Part shown: piece after piece, positions 9,422-18,819 of the stretch
Position numbering within the stretch: position 1 is the stretch's first letter
How the letters are laid out: each line of letters starts with the position of its first letter
Assembly (NCBI GenBank): GCA_965199955.1
Contig: CBDATQ010000001.1
Coordinates: 256,001 to 320,000 of the forward strand
DNA: 64,000 nt
Reading direction: 5' to 3'
DNA from: Spirochaetia bacterium
GTDB lineage: Bacteria; Spirochaetota; Spirochaetia; SZUA-6; Bin103
Program-made: the position numbers and the translations under genes
The notes under the pieces: generated by a model
What the model was told of the DNA's origin: nothing
The model's database searches: none
What the model saw: the letters and a program-made list of their open reading frames with translations, nothing else

Positions 9422-11233
9422 CTACGAGCGAGACTCCAGGCCGACGACCTGCCCGACCGCGTCCCGGCTGTCCGCCAGGCTGGCGTCGATCAGCCCCGCG
9501 AACAGCGGGCTCGGCGCGCCCGGACGGCTCAGGAACTCGGGATGGTATTGCACGCCGAGGTAGAAAGGGTGCGTGGGAAGCTCCGCGACCTGCACGATCG
9601 GCTGGCCCGGCGCCCACCCGGAGAAAACCATGCCGTGCGTCTCCAGCAGCTCCCGGTAGAGCGGATTGAGCTCGTAGCGATGCCGGAAGCGCTCCTCGAT
9701 GCTGTCCGCGGCGTAGAGCCGGGCGGCGGCCGATCCGCCCCGCAGCTTGACCGTGCGCTTGCCCAGGCGCATCGAGCCGCCGATCCCCTCGATCTTGTAC
9801 TGCTCCGGCAGCAGCAGGATGATCGGCGAATCGGTTCGCGGGTCCACCTCCTGGGTGTTGGCCGCCGGCAGGCCACAGCAGTGGCGGGCGAACTCGACCA
9901 TCGCCGCCTGGAAGCCGTAACAGATGCCCAGCATCGGCAGCCCGTGGAGGCGGGCGTGGGTGACGCAGGCGATCTTCCCTTCCCAGCCGCGGCGGCCGAA
10001 GCCGCCGGGCACCACCAGCCCGTCCAGGTCGTGCAGGTGCTCGGCCGCCTGCTCCTCGCGCTGCGCGGGCGAGCCGGCGGCGTCGATCAGGTCTGACGGC
10101 ACGTCGACGACCTCGACTCTGACCTGGCGGTGGGTGCCGGCATGCTCCAGGGCGTTGTGGATGCTGGCATAGGTGTCGCGCGGGCCCAGGTACTTGCCGG
10201 CGATGCCGATCCGCAGCGTCCGCCGCGGCCGGGTGAGCGCGTGCAGATAGCGCTGCAGACCGCCGGCCGCCGGCGTGTGGGCGGCGGCGCCGTCCGTGCC
10301 GTCGACGCCTCCCGATGCCGCCGGGGAGGAGCCCAGTCCGAAGTACTCAAGGCAGATCCGGTCGACCTGCTGCGCCTGCAGGTGACCGGGTACGCGGTAG
10401 ATGGAGCTCTGGTTGTGCAGGTCGATGACGTTGCGCACCGGCATGCGCAGTCGGTCTGCCAGCTTCTGGCGCACGCCGGGCTCCACGGCGTTCTCGGCCC
10501 GGCAGACCAGCATCTGCGGCTTGATGCCCATCTGCATGAGGAGCTGCGTGCCATGCTGGGCGGCCTTGCTCTTCTGCTCGTTCAGGTGGCGCGCCTCGAT
10601 GATCCACACCAGGTTGATGAAGAAGACGTTGCGCTCGCCTTCCTGGTAGGCCAGGTCGCTCATCGCGGAGATGTACGTCCGGTTCTCCTCGTCGCCGACC
10701 GTGCCGCCGATCTCGACCAGCGTGATGTCGGCTCCGGCGGCCAGCGTCGACTCGCGCACGAAGCGCACCAGCTCGCCGGTGACGTGCGGGAAGAACTGCA
10801 CGTCGGAGCCCGAGAACTGGCCGCCGCGCTCCAGGGCGTTGATGCGCTGGCTGAGCTTCCCGTTGGTGAAGTAGTTGTGGTGCGACAGGCTCCTGCCCAG
10901 GAAGCGCTCGTAGGTGCCGATGTCCATGTCGCACTCGGTGCCGTCGTCGAGCACGAACACCTCGCCGTGGCGGTACGGGCTCAGGGTGCCCGCGTCCTCG
11001 TTGTAGTAGCCGTCCATCTTGATCAGGTTCGTCGAGAACCCGCGGTCGGCCAGCAGGCGGGCCAGGCCGGCGGAGAAGATGCCCTTGCCCAGGCCGCTCA
11101 TCACGCTGCCGGTGATGATGAGGTAGCGCGCCTGGCCGACCCGGTAGCCGTCGGGCAGGGTGCGGTAGCGCTCGCCCGGATCGGACACGTCGCTGAGCGC
11201 ACGAAGGGCGCGGGGGACGGGAAGGTCGCTCAT
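9422..11233 (-). CDS. pyrG: CTP synthase (divergent type)
   Basis: GSVMSGLGKG, HGEVFVLDDGTECDMD, EIGGTVGD, GATase motifs PGGFG, GICYG, RHRYE, QYHPEF. Confidence 0.93.
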   Translation of the reverse strand: MSDLPVPRALRALSDVSDPGERYRTLPDGYRVGQARYLIITGSVMSGLGKGIFSAGLARLLADRGFSTNLIKMDGYYNEDAGTLSPYRHGEVFVLDDGTECDMDIGTYERFLGRSLSHHNYFTNGKLSQRINALERGGQFSGSDVQFFPHVTGELVRFVRESTLAAGADITLVEIGGTVGDEENRTYISAMSDLAYQEGERNVFFINLVWIIEARHLNEQKSKAAQHGTQLLMQMGIKPQMLVCRAENAVEPGVRQKLADRLRMPVRNVIDLHNQSSIYRVPGHLQAQQVDRICLEYFGLGSSPAASGGVDGTDGAAAHTPAAGGLQRYLHALTRPRRTLRIGIAGKYLGPRDTYASIHNALEHAGTHRQVRVEVVDVPSDLIDAAGSPAQREEQAAEHLHDLDGLVVPGGFGRRGWEGKIACVTHARLHGLPMLGICYGFQAAMVEFARHCCGLPAANTQEVDPRTDSPIILLLPEQYKIEGIGGSMRLGKRTVKLRGGSAAARLYAADSIEERFRHRYELNPLYRELLETHGMVFSGWAPGQPIVQVAELPTHPFYLGVQYHPEFLSRPGAPSPLFAGLIDASLADSRDAVGQVVGLESRS

Positions 11234-12453
11234 GCGGCGTGGAGGTGGCTGAGCTTGTTGCCGTAGTAGGAGGCCAGGTGCGGGTGGTGGATGAAGATCT
11301 CCCGTTCGTCGTACTCCAGGGTCTGGTATGACCTGGTGGCGATGATCGGGATGTGCGGGTAGTTGAACAGCTCCGCCGTGCGTTCCAGGAGGTCGTCCAG
11401 CGACTTGCGCCGGCCGTCACGGTACAGCGGGGTGGTGTCCAGGCCGGCCTCGTCGGCGGCGGTCACGGTGCGGTCGACCCGCTCCTCCAGCTCCGTGCGG
11501 GAGATGCGGAAGCGGTTGTCGAGCGACGCGAACACGGCGGTGCTCTCGTACACCCGGACCAGGCGTGCGAGCTGGTCGTACACGGAGCGCGCCGCCTCCT
11601 TGGCGCGGGCGCGCAGGTCGGCCGCCATCGCGTCGCCGAACTTGATGACCACCCGCGAGCGCTGGTTGCGCACGCGCCGCGTGAGCGGCACGCGGAGGAA
11701 CGCGTAATAGTTGTCGTAGACGTACTTCGCGAACGTGCCCTTGCGGGACCCGGCCCGGTAGGCGCGGAACACCAGGTCTTCCGGCACCCGCTCGTAGGAG
11801 ATGTTGATCGGGATGTAGCTGGCATCCTCCACCCGCAGATCGCGCAAGGCGTTGCGGACGGCCAGGAAGACCAGCGGTGACAGGGGGTTGAGGTGGCCGG
11901 AGTAGGATCGCCCGTACTTCACCTCGCCGGAGAACTCGTCGGTCTCGTACCCCGGAAACACCAGCAGGTGCAGGCCGTCGCTGTCGAACACCCGTTTGAG
12001 TTGATCCAGGTACAGGCTGTTGTACTGATCGCGCGTGACCACGACCGGGCGCGTGCCGAGCGTCTTGAGCATCCAGTTGCGTAACCACCGGCGGGCGTAG
12101 AAGACGTGCCGGTCGCGGACCGCCATGAAGCCGCCGCACTTGCGCAGAAAGGTGTCCAGCGGTCCGATGAACAGGTTGTCACCGGCCTGCACGGCGGCGC
12201 GGATGCCGTGCAGCGTCAGGTAGGCCTGCACCATCATCCAGTCGTACTCGCTCTGATGGTTGGCCACGAACACCAGCCGCTCCCCGGCGTGCGCCCGCCG
12301 CCTGGCATCTTCCAGGCCTTCGATCTCCACCTGCGTGAAGCAGGAGCTGAACAGGTGGCGGTCGACGTTGGTCGCCACCCGGTGCACGTACCGTTCGCTG
12401 CGCCAGTGGTGCAGCAGGTCCAGCAACTCGGCGCGGCCGGGGTTGGCCCTCAC
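11230..12453 (-). CDS. glycerolipid acyltransferase (PlsB/PlsC superfamily)
   Basis: ANHQSEYD (HxxxxD) catalytic motif, AGDNLF, LLVFP...GRS, IPINISYERVPED. Confidence 0.8.
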   Translation of the reverse strand: MRANPGRAELLDLLHHWRSERYVHRVATNVDRHLFSSCFTQVEIEGLEDARRRAHAGERLVFVANHQSEYDWMMVQAYLTLHGIRAAVQAGDNLFIGPLDTFLRKCGGFMAVRDRHVFYARRWLRNWMLKTLGTRPVVVTRDQYNSLYLDQLKRVFDSDGLHLLVFPGYETDEFSGEVKYGRSYSGHLNPLSPLVFLAVRNALRDLRVEDASYIPINISYERVPEDLVFRAYRAGSRKGTFAKYVYDNYYAFLRVPLTRRVRNQRSRVVIKFGDAMAADLRARAKEAARSVYDQLARLVRVYESTAVFASLDNRFRISRTELEERVDRTVTAADEAGLDTTPLYRDGRRKSLDDLLERTAELFNYPHIPIIATRSYQTLEYDEREIFIHHPHLASYYGNKLSHLHAA

Positions 12454-12557
12454 CTCATGCCTCGCGCGAACGGAGGTGCGCCGGTCACCAGCGCAGGGTG
12501 GTGCACCCGGCAGTCCCGGTCAAGGTCGGAGGCCGGTACGGCCCGGTTCGTCGCCTG

Positions 12558-13961
12558 TTACCGGCGCGGCCGGAAGATGTGAGTGGCGGTGCCGAACAGG
12601 ACCTCGCTCGCCTCCATCAGCGTCTCGGACAGAGTCGGATGGGGGTGGATCGTCAGCCGCATGTCGGTGGCGACCGCGCCCATCTCGATGGCCAGCACCG
12701 CCTCCGCGATCATCTCGCCGGCGCCGGGGCCGGCGATGCCGCAGCCGAGCACCCGCTCGTTGCCGGGGTCGACCAGCAGCTTGGTGAGCCCTTCGGAGCG
12801 GCCCAGGGTGGTCGCGCGTCCCGAAGCGCCCCACGGGAAGCGGGCCACCTGCACGTCGCGGCCGTGCGCCCTGGCCTCGGTCGCGGTCAGCCCGCACCAG
12901 GCGATCTCGGGATCGGTGAACACCACGGCGGGAATGGCCTGCGGCTCGAAGGCGACCCGCTTGCCGGCCGCCGCCTCGGCAGCGACGCGCCCTTCGTGCG
13001 ACGCCTTGTGCGCCAGCATGGGCTGTCCGGCCACGTCGCCGACGGCGAAGATCGTCGGATCGCCGGTGCGCTGCTGGTCGTCGTGCTCGATGAATCCGTC
13101 AGGACCGACCGTGACGGCGGTGTGCTCCAGGCCGAGGTCGCCGGTGTTCGGCACGCGGCCGACGCTCACCAGCATCCGGTCGTAGGTCCTGGTGCCGTCG
13201 GCCGCTCCCGACAGGGTCACCGCCAGCCCGCGCTCGGTCTCTTCCACCGCGTCCACCCGCGTGCCGGTGTGGATGGCGGCCAGCGAGCCGCGCAAGCGCC
13301 GCTCCAGGATGCCGACCAGGTCGCGGTCGACCCCGGGCAGCAGGCCGTCGGTCATCTCCACCACGGTCACGGCGCTGCCGAGCGCGGCGTAGGCGCTGCC
13401 GAGCTCCAGCCCGATGTAGCCGCCGCCCACCACCAGCAGCCGCCCGGGCACGTCGGGCAGCTCCAGCGCGGAAGTGGAGTCCAGGACGCGATCCGAGTCG
13501 AGGGCCAGTGCCGGCACCACCGCCGGCCGCGATCCCGTGGAGACGATGGCGTGATCGAAACCGACGCGCTGCTCGCCCGCGTCCGTGGTCACGGCGATCT
13601 CCCGGGAGCCTGCGAAGCGGCCGCGGCCCTGCAGCAGCGTCACCTTGCGCTGCCTGGCCAGCGACCCCAGGCCGCCGGTCATGCGCCCGACCACGGACTC
13701 CTTCCAGCCGCGCACCTTGTCCAGGTCGATGCGGGGTCTGGTGAAGCGGACCCCCCATTCCTCCGCGTCCCTGGCGTCGCCGATCACCTTGGCGACGTGC
13801 AGGAGCGCCTTGGACGGGATGCAGCCGCGGTACAGGCATACGCCGCCCGGGTTCGGCGCCTCGTCGATCAGGGTCACCGACAGCCCGAGATCGGCCGCCA
13901 GGAAGGCCGCGGCATAGCCGCCCGGTCCTCCGCCCAGGACCACCAGCCGTTGCGTGTTCAC
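12558..13961 (-). CDS. lpdA: dihydrolipoamide dehydrogenase
   Basis: GGGPGGY, GGVCLYRGCIPSK redox disulfide, GGGYIGLE, HPHPTLSE; start at GTG 13961. Confidence 0.95.
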   Translation of the reverse strand: MNTQRLVVLGGGPGGYAAAFLAADLGLSVTLIDEAPNPGGVCLYRGCIPSKALLHVAKVIGDARDAEEWGVRFTRPRIDLDKVRGWKESVVGRMTGGLGSLARQRKVTLLQGRGRFAGSREIAVTTDAGEQRVGFDHAIVSTGSRPAVVPALALDSDRVLDSTSALELPDVPGRLLVVGGGYIGLELGSAYAALGSAVTVVEMTDGLLPGVDRDLVGILERRLRGSLAAIHTGTRVDAVEETERGLAVTLSGAADGTRTYDRMLVSVGRVPNTGDLGLEHTAVTVGPDGFIEHDDQQRTGDPTIFAVGDVAGQPMLAHKASHEGRVAAEAAAGKRVAFEPQAIPAVVFTDPEIAWCGLTATEARAHGRDVQVARFPWGASGRATTLGRSEGLTKLLVDPGNERVLGCGIAGPGAGEMIAEAVLAIEMGAVATDMRLTIHPHPTLSETLMEASEVLFGTATHIFRPRR

Positions 13962-14100
13962 CGCGCGTATCATCGCCACGCGGGGCCGGCAGGGCAAGCG
14001 CCGCCGCAGGTGGCCGTGCGGGGCGTCCGTTCAAGACCGCCCTCATGCGCACACGACGGCTCTGAACGGTGGTATATTCCGGGCACGGGAGGACTCGAAG

Positions 14101-14346
14101 ATGACGATCATCCTGAGCATCGCGATCATGATCGCCGTGGTGGCGGCGTTGTCGATCAAGGTGCTGCTCGGGCGCGAGCGCGAGGTGAAGCGCTTCGGCT
14201 GCGGCAGCTTCTCTCCCGCGGGGCCTGCCGGCCCCGGTCCGGCGTCCTCGACCTGCGGCGTGTGCGGGGCGGAGGAAGGCGAAGCGTGCAGGGAAGATTC
14301 CCTGGCGGCCCCTTCCGCCGACCGCGACGACTTCTCGCGCAACTGA
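14101..14346 (+). CDS. small single-TM Cys-rich protein, NqrM (DUF539)-like
   Basis: GGAGG SD; N-terminal TM followed by GCGS...CGVC...C. Confidence 0.55.
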   Translation: MTIILSIAIMIAVVAALSIKVLLGREREVKRFGCGSFSPAGPAGPGPASSTCGVCGAEEGEACREDSLAAPSADRDDFSRN

Positions 14347-14395
14347 GTCCCGGCGGCCGGCGACGGACCGGCCGGCCCACGGAACGGCACCGCCG

Positions 14396-15826
14396 ATGAA
14401 CGATGCCTTCGCGTCCTCCGGTCATTACCGCCGTGCGGTCGACCGGCTCATGGGGCTGGCCGACTTCGAGCGCGCCCGCCACAGCCCGGCACACCGTACC
14501 TTCCGGCTCGATCGCATCCGCGCGCTCCTGGAGCGGCTCGGCGATCCGCACCTGCAGGTGCCGACCCTGCACGTCACCGGCACCAACGGCAAGGGCAGCA
14601 CCTCGGCGATGCTGAGCTCGATGCTGCGGGCGCACGGCCTGCGGGTCGGGCTGTACACCTCGCCGCACCTGCTGCGGGTGACCGAGCGCATCCGCCACGG
14701 CCTGGATCCGATCGACCCGGCGACGTTCGCGCGGCTCGTCGACGCGGTCTGGGGTCCGCTGCGGCAGGTCGCGCGGGACACGCCGTACGGGGAGCCGACC
14801 ACGGTGGAGGCGCTCACCGCCATGGCGCTGCTGCACTTCCGGGACGCCGGCGTCGACGCGCAGGTAATCGAGGTGGGCCTGGGGGGCGAGCTGGACTCCA
14901 CCAACGTGGTGACGCCGTCGGTCTGCGCGATCACGAACATCAGCTTCGATCACGTCGCCGTGCTCGGACCCACCATCGAAAGCATCGCCCGCGCCAAGGC
15001 CGGCATCATCAAGCCGGGGGTGCCCGTGGTGCTCGCGCCGCAGATGGAGGGCGCCCTGGAGGTGGCCCTGGGCGTTGCCGCCCGGCAGCGGGCGCCGGTC
15101 ACGCAGGTCGGCAGCGACGTCCACTGGGCGGTCGACGATGCGGCGGATAACCGGCAGAGGCTGCGGGTGGAGACCGGCCGCGCACGCTACCGGGTCGATC
15201 TGCCGCTGGACGGCGACTACCAGGGGGAAAACGCCGCGGTCGCAGTCGCCGCGTGCGAGATCTTCCTGGGCGAGCGCCTGGACCATGAGGCGGTGCTGCG
15301 CGGCCTGGCGGGCGTGCGCTGGCCCGGCCGGCTGGAGCGCATGCGCTGGCGCGGCGTGCAGGTGATCGTCGACGGCGCGCACAGCCCGTACGCCATGCAG
15401 CGCATGGTGGGCGCGCTTGCCGGGCGGGTCGATCCTGCGCGGACCGTCGCCGTGGTCGGCGCCCTCACCGGTCACGACCTGATGGAGACCCTGCAGCCGC
15501 TGCGCCGCCTCACCGGCCGCGCCTACGCCGTGCGGTCGCACCACCCGCGCGCCGAGCGCCCCGAGGCGGTGGCCCGGGCGCTGGAGCAGGAGGGCTTCAC
15601 GGTGCTCGGCGTCGACGGCGACGTCGCCACCGCGACCGCCACCGCCGCCGCCGGGACCGCGGCCGGCGGGCCGCCGCACACCGTCATCGCCACCGGGTCG
15701 CTGTCGGTGGCCGCGGAGGTGATCGCCTGCGTGCGCGGCGTCGAGATCGAGACCTATCCGACCATCCGCGGCCGATCGACGGACCCCGCCGAGCGCCCGG
15801 CGGACTCCCCGCACGCGGTTCGCTGA
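14396..15826 (+). CDS. folC: folylpolyglutamate/dihydrofolate synthase
   Basis: HVTGTNGKGST, YTSPHL, EVGLGG.LDSTN, WPGRLE, DGAH. Confidence 0.95.
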   Translation: MNDAFASSGHYRRAVDRLMGLADFERARHSPAHRTFRLDRIRALLERLGDPHLQVPTLHVTGTNGKGSTSAMLSSMLRAHGLRVGLYTSPHLLRVTERIRHGLDPIDPATFARLVDAVWGPLRQVARDTPYGEPTTVEALTAMALLHFRDAGVDAQVIEVGLGGELDSTNVVTPSVCAITNISFDHVAVLGPTIESIARAKAGIIKPGVPVVLAPQMEGALEVALGVAARQRAPVTQVGSDVHWAVDDAADNRQRLRVETGRARYRVDLPLDGDYQGENAAVAVAACEIFLGERLDHEAVLRGLAGVRWPGRLERMRWRGVQVIVDGAHSPYAMQRMVGALAGRVDPARTVAVVGALTGHDLMETLQPLRRLTGRAYAVRSHHPRAERPEAVARALEQEGFTVLGVDGDVATATATAAAGTAAGGPPHTVIATGSLSVAAEVIACVRGVEIETYPTIRGRSTDPAERPADSPHAVR

Positions 15827-15836
15827 GGAACCGGAG

Positions 15837-17078
15837 GTGAGCAGCTCGGCGATCCTGGCGCTGTACCTGGTGCTGTTCGTGCTGCAGCGGCTGGTCGAGA
15901 ACGGCCTGGGCGTCCTCAACCTCCGCCACGGAAGCGCGCAGCACGCGCCGCCGCCGGAGCTGGCCGGCGCGGTCGACGGCGACACCCACGCCCGCATGCG
16001 CGAGTACACGCAGACGCGCGGGCGCTTCGCGCTGCTCACCGACACGGTGTCGGCCGTCGCGGTGCTGGCCGTGGTGCTGAGCGGCGTGCTCGGCACGCTC
16101 GACCGTGCAGTCGGGCAGCTCGCCGGGCATCCCTACCTGTCGGGAGGAATCTACGTGCTGGCCGTGGGCGCCTTCTTCACGGTGATAGGCATCCCGGCGG
16201 CGCTCTACTCGCAGTTCGTGATCGAGCAGCGCTTCGGCTTCAACCGCACGACCCTCGGGCTGTTCCTGCTTGACCGGCTGAAGGGCGGCCTCATCTCCCT
16301 GGTCATCAGCGCGATCGTCCTGCTGGTGCTGTTCGCCTTCATGGACCGTGCCGGCAGCCTCTGGTGGCTGTACGCGGGCGGCGTGATCATCGCCTTCCAG
16401 TTCGTGCTGATGGTGCTCTATCCCACCGTGATCGCGCCGCTGTTCAACCGCTTCGTCCCGGTCGACGAGGGCGAGGTGCGGACGCGGCTGGCGGAGCTGG
16501 CGCGGCGGCTGGGCTACCGCGTGCGCGGCATCTTCGTGATGGACGGCAGCAAGCGCTCCAGGCACAGCAACGCGTACTTCACCGGTTTGGGCCCGGTGAA
16601 GCGCATCGTGCTGTTCGACACGCTGCTCGACCAGCTCGATCCGGGCGAGATCGAGGCCGTGGTCGCGCACGAGATCGGCCACGAACGCCTGCGCCACATC
16701 CCGCAGCGGCTGGCGCTGTCGGTGGCCACGGTGGCGGCGCTCTGGGTCCTGAGCCTGCTGCTGGACCACGCGCCACTGTTCGCGGCGTTCGGGATCGGCC
16801 AGCCCAGCGACCACGCGGCGCTGGTGCTGTTCAGCCTGCTGGCCGGGCCCTTCACGTTCTGGCTGGGGCCGCTGTCGGCGCTGTGGTCGCGCCGGCACGA
16901 GTACGCCGCCGACCGCTTCGCGGCCAAGGCGGTCGATTCGCCGGAGCCGCTGTCCGGCGCGCTGATCAAGCTCAGCCGCGACAACCTGTCCAACCTGGCC
17001 CCGCACCCGTGGTACAGCTTCTACCACTACTCGCATCCGACCCTGGTCGAGCGGCTGGCGGCGCTGCGGGCAGCCTGA
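15837..17078 (+). CDS. M48 family (Ste24-like) membrane zinc metalloprotease
   Basis: Multiple TMs, DGSKRSRHSNAYFTG, HEIGH, EYAAD, SHPTLVERL. Confidence 0.92.
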   Translation: MSSSAILALYLVLFVLQRLVENGLGVLNLRHGSAQHAPPPELAGAVDGDTHARMREYTQTRGRFALLTDTVSAVAVLAVVLSGVLGTLDRAVGQLAGHPYLSGGIYVLAVGAFFTVIGIPAALYSQFVIEQRFGFNRTTLGLFLLDRLKGGLISLVISAIVLLVLFAFMDRAGSLWWLYAGGVIIAFQFVLMVLYPTVIAPLFNRFVPVDEGEVRTRLAELARRLGYRVRGIFVMDGSKRSRHSNAYFTGLGPVKRIVLFDTLLDQLDPGEIEAVVAHEIGHERLRHIPQRLALSVATVAALWVLSLLLDHAPLFAAFGIGQPSDHAALVLFSLLAGPFTFWLGPLSALWSRRHEYAADRFAAKAVDSPEPLSGALIKLSRDNLSNLAPHPWYSFYHYSHPTLVERLAALRAA

Positions 17079-17166
17079 CGCACGGCATCCTCACTCGAAC
17101 GTGATCGAGAACCGTTCCAACCGGGCCATTGACCGGTGTGGCACTTTGCGTTTGGCTGTATGCATC

Positions 17167-17240
17167 GGGCCCATAGCTCAGTCGGTTAGAGCGGCGGACT
17201 CATAATCCGTTGGTCCAAGGTTCGAGTCCTTGTGGGCCCA
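17167..17240 (+). tRNA. tRNA with CAT anticodon, most likely tRNA-Ile2 (lysidine); CCA not encoded
   Basis: GGGCCCA/TGGGCCC acceptor stem, TAGCTCAGTCGGTTAGAGC D arm, CTCATAA anticodon loop, GGTTCGAGTCC T arm; lacks the initiator C1:A72 mismatch and resembles Ile2 tRNAs. Confidence 0.92.
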
Positions 17241-17340
17241 TCCTCTGGTGTCCCATCGTCGGCGGCGGAGCCGCGCGTGAGATAGTGTCCGTAGAAGACC
17301 GGCGCTCGTCCGGTCAGGCGGCACGCTAAGCTACCGAGTC

Positions 17341-18819
17341 ATGTACGACCCCGACCTGCACCTGTTCGTCGACGACGACCGCATCCACCAGATCATCAAC
17401 CTGCGCCGCGTGCTCAACCGGCCGGCCTTCACGACAGAGCCGGTGGTGCAGGGTGACGCCGAGTGGGAGCTCGGCTGCGGGATCGTCGCCTGGGGCTCGG
17501 TGATCCGCGAGGAGGACGGCCGCCTGCGGCTCTGGTACCAGCTCAACGACTACGTCAACCGGCAGGTGGCCAACGCCTACGCGGAGAGCAGCGACGGCAT
17601 CCACTGGGAGAAGCCCGAGCTGGGGCTGATCGAGTGGCGCGGCAGCACGCGCAACAACCTCTACTTCCGGTTCCCGCCCGATCTGGCGCCCGGCAACGTC
17701 AACGCCATGGACGGCTACACCATGGTCCGCGACGACGACGCTCCGCCGGCCGAGCGCTACGCGATGATCGCCTTCATGCACGACAACCGCATGTGGGCGC
17801 GCGCCCACCCGGACCAGCACGACCGTTACATCACCGACGAGGAGATCGAGCTGGCGAGCCGGGCCAGCGGCCTGTACCTGTGGAAGAGCCCCGACGGCAT
17901 CCACTTCACGGGCGCGCCGGAGTTCATCCAGCCCACCCACGGCGACTACCTCAAGGTGGTCCGCGACCACCGCAACGCGCGCTGGATGATCAACATGCGC
18001 GCGCCCTCCTACCGGAACCCGGAATCCGGCCACCGGCACCGGCGCAACGTCGGCCTGGCCACCTCCACCGACCTGCGCACCTGGTCGCCGATCGAGTCGC
18101 TGTTCCTGAACGACGCCGACAGCGCCTTCGGCCGCCTGTGGGAGTGGCACGGGCTGACGCCGTTCAACTACGGCGACATGGACCTGGGCTTCCTGGACAT
18201 CCAGGACAGCGTCTTCCCGACCGGCATCTGCGAGCTGGTCAGCCACCGCGACGGCCAGCCGTGGCGGCGCGTCGCCCCGGACCGGCCCTTCCTGGACAAC
18301 GGACCCGAGGGCGCCTACTACCGCGCCGGCGGCATGCCCCTGCACAACGAGCCGATCGTCGTGAACGACGAACTGCTGCTCTACTTCAACACCGGCTCGT
18401 CGCGGCGGCCGGACGAGCGGCCGATCCATCCACGCGTGATCGGCGCGGCGAAGATCCGCCTGGATCGCTGGATGTCACTGTCGCACGGCCATTGGAAGAC
18501 CCGCGAGCCGACCGGCATTGTCGTCACCAAGCCGGCCGTGATCGCCGGCGAAACCCTGGAGGTCAACGTCGAGACCCGCTGGGAGTCGGTGCCGCGCGGC
18601 GGCAGCGTCCGCGTCGGCGTGCTCAACCCGGACGGCACCGTGATCGACGGGTACGGGCTGGACGACTGTGAACCCGTGCAGGGCAACCACCTCCGCGAAC
18701 GGGTGCGGTGGCGCGACCACGCCGACCTGAGCGGCCTGCGCGACTGCACCGTGATGCTGGTGTTCGGGGTCGAGCAGGCGTCCCTGTACAGCTACCGGCT
18801 GGCGGTGCGCGAGCCGTAG
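17341..18819 (+). CDS. hypothetical protein, GH32/GH43-like beta-propeller with C-terminal beta-sandwich
   Basis: LFVDD start; repeated Asp-box-like SSDGIHW, SPDGIHF, STDLRTW; C-terminal LEVN...GYGLDDC...VRW...SLYSY. Confidence 0.7.
   Translation: MYDPDLHLFVDDDRIHQIINLRRVLNRPAFTTEPVVQGDAEWELGCGIVAWGSVIREEDGRLRLWYQLNDYVNRQVANAYAESSDGIHWEKPELGLIEWRGSTRNNLYFRFPPDLAPGNVNAMDGYTMVRDDDAPPAERYAMIAFMHDNRMWARAHPDQHDRYITDEEIELASRASGLYLWKSPDGIHFTGAPEFIQPTHGDYLKVVRDHRNARWMINMRAPSYRNPESGHRHRRNVGLATSTDLRTWSPIESLFLNDADSAFGRLWEWHGLTPFNYGDMDLGFLDIQDSVFPTGICELVSHRDGQPWRRVAPDRPFLDNGPEGAYYRAGGMPLHNEPIVVNDELLLYFNTGSSRRPDERPIHPRVIGAAKIRLDRWMSLSHGHWKTREPTGIVVTKPAVIAGETLEVNVETRWESVPRGGSVRVGVLNPDGTVIDGYGLDDCEPVQGNHLRERVRWRDHADLSGLRDCTVMLVFGVEQASLYSYRLAVREP

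Noticed and set aside
12498..17036. Long alternative-frame ORFs such as 12498..14399, 14156..16096 and 15684..17036 (likewise 19569..21842, 53852..56065, 56132..58600)
   Set aside because: Shadow ORFs of high-GC coding DNA overlapping well-supported genes; Arg/Gly/Pro-rich or antisense-type composition without motifs.
17128..17166. Sigma54 promoter upstream of the tRNA (TGGCAC...TTGC)
   Set aside because: Spacing between GG and GC does not fit the -24/-12 consensus.
17167..17240. tRNA-Met/fMet call and use as an integration site
   Set aside because: The paired G1-C72 and overall sequence fit Ile2 better; no duplicated 3' end or integrase was seen.
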